Part shown: one piece after another, positions 1-7,520 of the stretch | Layout: every line of letters starts with the position of its first letter | Position numbering within the stretch: position 1 is the first letter of the stretch | From: an uncultured delta proteobacterium | Lineage (GTDB): Bacteria; Desulfobacterota; Binatia; UBA9968 | DNA length: 64,000 bases | Direction: 5' to 3' | Assembly (NCBI GenBank): GCA_963727625.1 | Contig: CAVSHR010000014.1 | Coordinates: 1 to 64,000, forward strand | Notes under the pieces: model-generated | Told to the model about the DNA's origin: nothing | Seen by the model: only the letters and a program-made list of their open reading frames with translations | The model's database searches: none | Position numbers and translations under genes: made by a program

Positions 1-74
1 ATTTCTTCCCAGTCAACAAAATCTCGCCAGCGAGATGCGCAAGGCGAGTTAGCACCTCGTACACAAACGCTGAA

Positions 75-97
75 TGTCAAGAGTAAAGACTTGACCC
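75..97 (-). repeat. REP-like GGGTCAAG...TTGACA motif (outer left)
   Basis: Minus strand reads gggtcaagtctttactcttgaca; it is an imperfect inverted match (16/22 by eye) to 5032-5053. Confidence 0.5.
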
Positions 98-307
98 TAA
101 CCTTGCCATTTTCCCGAAACAGCCGGTATCGGTCAGCCGCACCAAACAGCTGGCCGCAAACAAAACTCGTGTGATAAAAACTCCGCTGTGAATCCATGCG
201 TTGTACGCTCATATATGCAAATTAAAGACTGCCACTCACTTTTTCAAAGGCACTTATTCGTTTCTTCGCTAGTCAAAAACAATTTACATGAGGGTTTTTC
301 AGCAGAA

Positions 308-330
308 TCAAAGTAAAGCCCTGACCCTCA
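308..330 (-). repeat. REP-like GGGTCAGG motif (inner left inverted repeat)
   Basis: cctgaccctca (320-330) is a perfect 11-bp inverted repeat of tgagggtcagg (4989-4999). Confidence 0.55.
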
Positions 331-370
331 TGGGCTCCATTAGCTCATCGCGTCCCCTCTATTTTCTCTC

Positions 371-797
371 TCAGGGAATTACTTTTCTACACGCTTTACA
401 CGTGTGACCTAATAGCTCTGAAAATTGGCTGGGGAATGCGTGAATCTTAAACTCATCATTGTGAAGTGCAACCTTGACTGCATTTGCAGGCGCGTGAAAT
501 TTCCCATCGCGGTATGAAATTCCAATGTTTTCTGAAGCGACCCAAATCACGTTGACCCTACCCGCGATTGTCAATCTGAACATGGCCCGACGACACGGCG
601 CTTACGATGTAATCCCTATAAGCAACAGTTGAAGGGTCTGAGAACACTGAATTAAAGCTGCTCGTGGACGGAGTTGTATGTTTTATAAATTTTTCTAGCT
701 TATAGTGCGTGTCAAAAAGGTCGGCGGGGACCTCGGGGGTGATCCAACCGCGTTTTTTAGCGCATTCTATACAATAGTATTCCACTTTCGCGGCCAC
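371..797 (-). CDS. Hypothetical ~140 aa protein with N- and C-terminal CxxC (one frameshift near 560)
   Basis: ORFs 558-797 (YYCIECAK) and 371-583 (KIHAFP...HTCKACRK) join at IDNRG/RVNVIW; AT-rich. Confidence 0.6.
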
Positions 798-886
798 GAT
801 CGAGCTTATTCAGAGTACATAGTCTTTACGCGGCGGTTGCCTCGCAATCGCCGGCGGACCGGACATACGGCCATCCAACGCAGGAG

Positions 887-1672
887 TCAGCTCGGGAGCC
901 AAAGTAGGCTCACGACAGCCCAATCGAGGGAATCGCCATCGAGTGTTCCACGACCTCGGGTGCGCGTCCACTACTAGACTCTATCCACGCATCACCTCTA
1001 ACCTCTTCCGGCTCCTCAGGCACGGCACCCTTCTGGAAGAAGTCAATCGCGAGAGACGCCGGTTCGAGTGGCTGTCCCCAGCCGATAAGCCGGGAACCAA
1101 AAGCTGTCACTCTTTCGCGTCCATCGGACGCAACCCTTCTCCGAGTAAACAAGGGCACACATCTCGGGCGAGAACTCAACGAAGCGAATCGCGGTTGCCG
1201 TAATTGACGTTTCGAAGTCGTTCGCAAGCTTCTGAATCGGTCGCAGGTCGACCGGGGATACCTCACAGCGACGACGTACCAACTTTTCAGGCAGCAGAAG
1301 TTCGACGGCGAAGATATTCGCCTCGGATTCTTCAGACTCGCCCTTGTAGTCCAGCATGGACCGTTCTTGGCAACCTGCAAGCGCAGACCCGTCGTGCTTG
1401 AGCGAAAGTGCCCCAGCTCATGCGCAACGCTGAATCGTTGCCGTCCCCACGTTCGAGATCCAGCTTGCGACTCGTATGCGCCCGCGTTCGCCGACTCGCA
1501 CCAGGCGAGCGACCGCGCCATCTAACTCGCCTCGCACGACAGTAACACCTAGGTCAGCCGCAAGACCTTCGAGCACGAGGTGTTTCGGCTCCTCAATGGC
1601 GTAGCGATCAAGGATATCTCTGGCCGCTGCTTTCGCTCGTCTCTCAGGGAATGATAGTTCTCGACGGCTCAA
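887..1672 (-). CDS. ImmA/IrrE (CapP-like) Zn metallopeptidase, several frameshifts
   Basis: Fragments join as ...GELDGAVARLV... / RQRFSVAHELGH (HExxH) / ESEANIFAVELLLP...FETSITATAIRF / EVRGDAW...EHSMAIP; stop at 887-889. Confidence 0.85.
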
Positions 1673-1674
1673 AA

Positions 1675-2070
1675 CTACTCCTCGCTGCCGCTTTTGTCCG
1701 TCTTCACCGAATCGAGGTCTTCGAGCAACGAACGTAAATCGTCATCCGGTACATCGGTCAACTCGCGGTGCTCGACGGCGGCTTGCCGTTCTCCAATCAG
1801 CTTCAATAGTTCTGCCCGGGGCATCCCACGATACCGGCCCACGGTCCGGGCCGCAGGCAGCGCACGGCCTAGCGCCGCGATACGCGCGCGCCGCTGCTCT
1901 GCGATAGCTGCGTTCGCCACTCGCGAGCCTGCGCAATTGCCGCATTCGCATCTGGTCCCAGCCGAAGTGCCTCTTCGCAGGCCGCTTCATCTTCAGCGAA
2001 GACCTCCGACGCAAGGTCAGTGCGACAGAGTCTCCAGAAACTTCAGCTCGTCTCGATCTCCTCCGCTCAT
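1675..2070 (-). CDS. Small helical protein between sigma factor and peptidase (putative anti-sigma / peptidase substrate), frameshifted
   Basis: ATG at 2070 just after the sigma stop (MSGGDRDELKFLETLS...); C-terminus AVEHRELTDVPDDDLRSLLEDL; tightly packed in the operon. Confidence 0.6.
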
Positions 2071-2076
2071 AGAACC

Positions 2077-2691
2077 TCAGTTTATCACTTTGCGAGCCGC
2101 CTCGACGAGCTCCGGCGGGAGTTCCGCAATGAGCCGGTCGAGCCGCTTGCGTGCGTTTGTCACATCACTCGGCGAAAGTCCCGTCGCATCCCCGATGGCG
2201 CTGCGCCCTTCGATGCCCTCCTCATAAGCCATCAAGAGGAACTGAACACCCTCGTCTCCCTTTACAGTGGCCGCCCGGAAGAGGTAATCCTTGACCTTCC
2301 GCACCACGTCCCGCAGCGCTACCAATTCTCCGGTTGGTAGGCGTTGGCCCCACGCTTCGCCATCACCTTGTCGATCACCGTCTCCGACGCCGCAGGCTTG
2401 CGCCGGCTCAGGAGCTTCGACGTCCGCGCGGAAATCGCACCGCAGATGCGTCGAGAGAGCAACGGTCTCGGGATTCCAAGTCAGGCGGCCACGCACCGTA
2501 TCGACGATGACTTGGTTCACGAGGTCGTCCTGATTCAGGTCTATACCGACGCCAAACTTTCGGAGGAGGAACGCCCGCCTTCGCGCGTAGCCGAATACCA
2601 CCTTCAGCGTTCGCGGCTCTGCGAGCGCAGCCTGGATGGCCGCCAGGACCTCCGGCCCCGGCGGCCGCTCTTTTTCGTCGTCTTTATCCAA
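2077..2691 (-). CDS. ECF-like sigma-70 family factor
   Basis: Region-2-like DDLVNQVIVDTVRGRLTWNP; region-4 HTH RSAIGDATGLSPSDVTNARKRL; middle may be frameshifted. Confidence 0.7.
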   Translation of the reverse strand: MDKDDEKERPPGPEVLAAIQAALAEPRTLKVVFGYARRRAFLLRKFGVGIDLNQDDLVNQVIVDTVRGRLTWNPETVALSTHLRCDFRADVEAPEPAQACGVGDGDRQGDGEAWGQRLPTGELVALRDVVRKVKDYLFRAATVKGDEGVQFLLMAYEEGIEGRSAIGDATGLSPSDVTNARKRLDRLIAELPPELVEAARKVIN

Positions 2692-2939
2692 ACCGCGTCA
2701 CCTTGCTTCGTTCTGTCCACGACTCATTCCAATTTGCCGCCGCCTTGCTATTTTCTGCGGCCTGCCCTCGAACTTCTCGTGGCCCGTCGCGGCAATCCGT
2801 CAGTCCAAGCGGATACTACCTCACCGAGGACGGACACCGCGACACCGGCCCGCAGTGGTAAATCGAACGCCGTCATGGACATACCTATTCAAAAGACAAA
2901 ATCTGGAGCCCCCAAGTTGTCCGGCGATGGAGGTATCAG

Positions 2940-3206
2940 ATGGAACAACACCAAGAGTCAATAGTATCCGAGCATCCGGGCAAGGGCCCGAAGTTCGAAG
3001 TGAACGTCGAGGGCATCATCCACGAGTGGTCGTCACCGACCATCACAACGGAGCAGGTTGCCGCGCTCGGCGGCTTTGATCCTGCCCTAGGCGTGCTCGA
3101 AATCGACCTTACCACGAACGAGGAACGACAGCTTCGTCCGGGCGAGACCATCGAGCTCAAGCCTGGCATGGGATTCGCGAAGAAGCGCCGCTTCCGTCGC
3201 GGATGA
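2940..3206 (+). CDS. Ubiquitin-like (multi-ubiquitin domain) protein, BubA/BilA-like
   Basis: Beta-grasp pattern KFEVNVEG...TITTEQVAALGG...ETIELKPG; ends FRRG-stop; RBS ggagg. Confidence 0.8.
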   Translation: MEQHQESIVSEHPGKGPKFEVNVEGIIHEWSSPTITTEQVAALGGFDPALGVLEIDLTTNEERQLRPGETIELKPGMGFAKKRRFRRG

Positions 3207-3212
3207 ACCACC

Positions 3213-3607
3213 ATGGAGGCACGGATCGAGCAGGAACTCCGGCTTCTCCGCACTAGGTGGGCGGAGCTCAAGTACGACTCCGGGGACCGGTGGGTCTTCC
3301 TACCAGGGTACCCGCTGCCCGCCGGCTGGAACCGACCCGTGACCGACATCGTCTTCCAGATTCAGGTTAACCATCCAGGCGCGGCTCCTGGTCACGGCTT
3401 CCTGACGTTGAAGGGGCTGCTCTACAACGGCAAAGTTCCGACGAACTACCAGGACCCTGCGCCAACGCAACCCCCTTTTCCCGGGCCGTGGGGGCCCTTT
3501 TCCTGGTCGCCGGAAGACTGGCAACCGCACGCCGACATCGCCGGCGGCTCGAACCTGTTCACGTGGGCCAGAGCTTCACGCGGCGCTTCCGCGAAGGGGT
3601 GCATGAT
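3213..3607 (+). CDS. Prokaryotic E2/UBC family E protein (BubB/BilB-like); 3' frameshift fuses it to JAB in the ORF track
   Basis: WVFLPGYPLPAGWN...PGAAP...WGPFSWSPEDWQP...NLFTW; an alternative frame gives SFTRRFREG; no Cys. Confidence 0.75.
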
Positions 3608-4130
3608 GCGCAGCGAACTGCACGTTCCCGCGATGACGTACCAGAAGGTGCTTGGCCACCTGTTCTCAAACATGGAGACGGAGCACGCAGCCTTTTTCTA
3701 CGCTCGCGTATCTTCTTCGGAGAGGACGCTCGTGCTCTCGGTAGAGAACCACTTCTTAGTGCCGCCCGACCGGTTTGTCCTCCGGTCTGCCTATCACTTC
3801 GAGCTGTGCGACGACGTCCAACGCGAGATGATCAAGGAAGCGCACGCTCGTGAGTGTTGCCTCGTTGAAGCGCACTCGCATCCGTTCCCGCGCCGGCGTG
3901 CTTCTCAGACACCGACGTTCTCGGACTCCTCGACTGGTTCCTCACGTCCGCTGGCGTCTCGCGAGGCGCCCATATGTTGGCATCGTAGTCGCCCCGGGAG
4001 CTTCGACGGAATTATGTTCTCCGATGGAGAGACGCCGGTCGTGCTCGACACTCTCATCGTCGGCGGAATCCAAATGCGACCGACCGGCGCCACGATTCAC
4101 GATTGGGAGGCTCTCAGTGCACGACGATAA
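3603..4130 (+). CDS. JAB/MPN+ metallopeptidase (BubC/BilC-like), frameshifted
   Basis: TEHAAFF (catalytic E), LVEAHSHP followed by FSxxD in a shifted frame (JAMM motif), PYVGIVVAPGSFDG. Confidence 0.8.
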   Translation: MMRSELHVPAMTYQKVLGHLFSNMETEHAAFFYARVSSSERTLVLSVENHFLVPPDRFVLRSAYHFELCDDVQREMIKEAHARECCLVEAHSHPFPRRRASQTPTFSDSSTGSSRPLASREAPICWHRSRPGSFDGIMFSDGETPVVLDTLIVGGIQMRPTGATIHDWEALSARR

Positions 4131-4961
4131 GCGGTTCGACCGCAGCATCCGGTTCTTTGGTCATGAAGGACAGCAGCGGCTGCAGGCTACGCGCATAGGC
4201 GTGGTCGGCGCCGGCGGGCTCGGGACCCACGTTTTACAACAGCTCGCGCTTCTCGGCGTCGGCGCCCTCATCGTGGTCGACCCGGAGGAACTCGACGACA
4301 CTAACCGCAATCGCTACGTCAGCGCACGGCATGATGACCTTGTTCCGGGGACGCTGAAGGTAGACATTGCGGAGCGTCTCGTCGCCAGCATCAACCCCCA
4401 GGTTATCGTGACGAAGGTACCTTTCTCGTTGATGAGCAGCGAGGCTCTCGATGCCCTCGAAAGCGTCACACATGTGTTCGGTGCCTTGACCACGACGCTC
4501 TACGTCTCGTTCTGACCGAGATCACTGCTGCGTATCGATTGCCGTACGTCGATGCCGCGTCCGAGATTCTTCCGGGACACCCGCCCGAGTTTGGTGGACG
4601 TGTGTGCGTCGCATGGTCCGGAACGTCGTGTCTCTGCTGCATGGACGAGCTCGACCCGGAGGAGTCTCGGGATGCTAATGTTAGGAGAGACCGAGCAGTC
4701 GTCTACGGCCTATCACTTGTCCAAGGCGAGGCAACTCCGTCTGTCGTCTCCTTGAACGGCATCATTGCATCACTGGCGGCGACTGAGTTCATGGTTGGCG
4801 TCACCGGTATCCGCGCGCCGTGGCCGCTTCTCACATACTATGGTGCGTCGGGTACGGTTCGCGTGCGCACTGACGCTCGTCAGGGTTGCTACTACTGTAA
4901 GACGGTCCACGACGCTGGCGACCGCGATGCTGTCCGGCGTTACATCACGGCTGACAAGTAA
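4117..4961 (+). CDS. ThiF/MoeB/E1 adenylyltransferase (BubD/BilD-like), one frameshift near 4480
   Basis: RFDRSIRFFG, VGAGGLG, DPEELDDTNRNR, GCLD after the frameshift, Zn sites CLCC and CYYC, PSVVSLNG. Confidence 0.9.
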
Positions 4962-4988
4962 ATCCACGGGCTCGTCAAGGGAAAAATC

Positions 4989-5053
4989 TGAGGGTCAGGC
5001 CTACTATCGAAGCACAAGAGCACGGGATAGAGAGTCAGATCTTGTATCTTGAC
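4989..5053 (+). repeat. Two REP-like motifs (tgagggtcagg; gagtcagatcttgtatcttgac) at the right boundary
   Basis: Inverted counterparts of 320-330 and 76-97. Confidence 0.5.
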
Positions 5054-5099
5054 TTGTGGATTTTTGTCGTCACCACGCGGCTGCGAAAAATACCTTCTC

Positions 5100-5668
5100 T
5101 CAACCGATAACGGGTTTTTTGACGAGGCTTTCGGTAACGAATGGGAAATTGTCCGCTAGCCAGGCGTCGATCCCGCCTTCGAGCGGGCGAACCCTGGTGA
5201 TTCCTTTGGGTCGTAGGAACAGCGCCACCCGGGCGCTGGTCGCTTCATTGGGTCACGAACAGTAGAGAACGACGTCGCGACCCGGGGAATCTCTCCGTGG
5301 CGCTCCTCGATCTCTTCCATGGGGATACGAAGCGCACCCGGGATCATCTGAGGGAACGCCTCGATATCCATGGGCTGGCGCAAGTCCACGATTGAAATAT
5401 TTTCTCCGGCGTTAATTTTGTCCATGAGTTCCTTCGGAGTGATGCGCGCAATCCGCAGCCGGCGAAGAAAGCGTCGGCGCTGAATGAACTTCCACAAAAC
5501 ATAAGCGGCCAAACCTCCCGCTAGGACCGCGACCAGCCAACCGCCCCAGCGCAGTGCGATCCGCTCGAGTTGTTCGCTGAATATCAAGCCCAAGCTCGTG
5601 ACGCTGACGACCCAGAACAATGCGCCCAGGGAAGCGAAGATCATGGCGACACCCATGAGCAGGCGTTT
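5100..5668 (-). pseudogene. Deleted/truncated copy of the DedA-rhodanese selenoprotein gene
   Basis: 5081-5643 aligns to 7502-8065; 5642-5661 matches 8793-8812; retains the in-frame TGA at 5253-5255; 1-nt indel near 5280. Confidence 0.85.
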
Positions 5669-5720
5669 GTCGGTTGGCTTGTTATGTCAGGCCCTAGTCT
5701 AAGCGCTCATCGTTTTCGCG

Positions 5721-5750
5721 TTACACTTTTCACGGAGAATTTGGTATGAT
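5721..5750 (+). promoter_or_regulatory. Putative sigma70 promoter (TTACAC-18-TATGAT, with extended -10 TG)
   Basis: Consensus-like boxes upstream of the 5804 ATG and its taagga RBS. Confidence 0.45.
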
Positions 5751-5803
5751 AAGGTGTAGGTTAACACGGTAGAGATAAAATCTTCCCTTAAGGATTTTCG
5801 CAG

Positions 5804-6061
5804 ATGGCAGGTCCATCATTTCCAGACATTCTGTATGACTTGATGCAGAAGCAAGCCATCACCTCTCGCGACTTCGATCAATTTATATATAATTACAGGT
5901 TCTTCGATCAGCAGCGATCGAATATTCAAAGATTATATCCTCATCAGTGGGTGGCCGCTTTAGAACTCAAGCTATACAACTCGAAGGACTTCAATGATCT
6001 TCGTGCTCAGCTACGGGATCGACAGAATTTTCGTTACGCCTATATTGAACAAATCTTGTAG
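5804..6061 (+). CDS. Small DUF5678-like protein
   Basis: LYPHQWVAALELKLY resembles the DUF5678 Y..xWVA motif; directly upstream of an Asp protease, a typical pairing. Confidence 0.55.
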   Translation: MAGPSFPDILYDLMQKQAITSRDFDQFIYNYRFFDQQRSNIQRLYPHQWVAALELKLYNSKDFNDLRAQLRDRQNFRYAYIEQIL

Positions 6062-6496
6062 GACTACATGGTGGCACGGGTATCCGTCTGATGGTCGCAT
6101 TGCGGCAGACATTCGTATTCTCAATACTGCAGCGTCGAGTTCCGATATAACATCACTCATTGCCGACACAGGCGCACCGTTTAGTGCGCTTCCGTATTCT
6201 AAAGTATCATTAATAAATAGCGGTGGTACAATTTCCACGCCAATTACGTTTTACGTTGGTGGTAATTCAATCACAACAATGGAAATAGTGGAGGATGGGC
6301 TGCTGACTAATGTTGAGCAGCCTCAGTACACTGGAGGTGGTTGGTGAAGTGCTTAATGGTCCATTTAGAGTTCACTATGCATCTTCGGATCAACCTGTTG
6401 CGGCATGCAGCTGGTATTGATCTTTTCGATTCGTTTGGAGCTGATCCTGTCAAGGACGCTTCAAGTCATCGCGCATATCTGGCAAAGAGAACTTAG
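6062..6496 (+). CDS. Retropepsin-like (clan AA) aspartic protease, frameshifted; start uncertain
   Basis: LIADTGAPFSALP catalytic motif; a C-terminal AGIDLFDSF segment in a shifted frame resembles the LLGxDF motif; stop at 6494-6496. Confidence 0.65.
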
Positions 6497-6526
6497 CATT
6501 AGCAAGCGGCCGAAAGAGAGGAAGTC

Positions 6527-7400
6527 ATGCCCCGAATGATACCTGAGGTTTATACCACGTCGATTCATGAAGGATTGAGGTTATACGCCACATGGCCGAT
6601 CGGGACAGAACTCGAATTAGGTGACTTCGGGCGGCTTGAAAATTATCTTTTCATTAAAGAAGGAAACATTGCTAAGACCTACCGAATTCCTGTCAAGGTA
6701 AAGGATTATCCTCGGCCAGTGTTTTTTGAGTTTAAGTCGTTAGGTACCCAGGGAATTTCGGATTCACTCCCAGGCAGCCGTGAATCCGAGCGTTGGGTGT
6801 TGCTCCCGTAGCCGTTAGGGCGGGCGTGACAGTGAAGTTCGCAAATGAAAATGGATGCTATTTTCGCTCGGTAAAATTGCAGCAATCGTATATCGACAAC
6901 TTGGAAAAAGTTAACACCGCAATCATGAAGCAGTTCTCAAATAGAAAATGGAACGGCCAGTCCGCGTTTGTACATAGCCTTTTTAAGTCTGAAGGAACAT
7001 CAGTTCTTATCGCTAGCTCGGCGGGAGCGCAAATAGAATTTGAAGCTAGTTCAAACGCAATAAAGGAGTTTGATCTCGCGGATGCTTCTGGCGCGTTCCA
7101 AAAAAAAAGTGAGATGGATATAGCATTTAAGCTAATTGCCAAAACAGGTTTGGTTCCGTTATTTACATTATCCCAGGTCCAACCCAAAAACCGGTGGCTC
7201 GCCCTCTTTGGCGCCGGTGGAAAGACAGCACGTCCTCTCTTAGCCGTCTCACCACAGGAAGCGAAAGCGTCCCACTACCTGGATCAGTAATTACCACCTA
7301 TCCACCGACAGTTTCGCCTGATGTGGCACAGGAACTGGACAAGTCTGTAGACGAGTTGTTCCACGTTGTGGAGATTCCTATCCACAGCGGCGGCCACTGA
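6527..7400 (+). CDS. Putative gasdermin-like pore-forming protein (~290 aa after joining two frameshifts)
   Basis: YATWPIGTELELGDFG N-terminal motif; long amphipathic beta strands; W..xFVHSL; LVPLFTL followed by a linker and short C-terminal tail; RBS gagagg. Confidence 0.5.
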
Positions 7401-7456
7401 GCGCGAGCTTTTCTCTGAAAATTTTCGCGCGATGGAAACAGCTAGGGCGAAGCATC

Positions 7457-7480
7457 GGGGTCAGGCTTCTACGACTCGAC
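7457..7480 (+). repeat. REP-like GGGGTCAGG motif
   Basis: ggggtcaggcttctacgactcgac, in the same relative position to the dedA copy as 5032-5053. Confidence 0.45.
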
Positions 7481-7520
7481 TATCCTGAGAAATTGCGGAA
7501 CCTGCGAAAAATACCTTCTC

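Noticed and set aside
1-212. Minus-strand frame MSVQRMDSQRSFYHTSF...YRLFRE, vaguely like an IS transposase N-terminus
   Set aside because: It is short, runs off the window edge and has no catalytic motif, so it cannot be supported.
2017-2022. TGA in the small protein gene as a possible Sec codon
   Set aside because: No Cys-like context, and a second stop follows in frame; a frameshift is more likely.
3213-4130. Apparent 305-aa E2-JAB fusion in the ORF track
   Set aside because: Better explained by a frameshift near 3570-3600; a natural-looking E2 end (RRFREG) lies in another frame and JAB has its own ATG.
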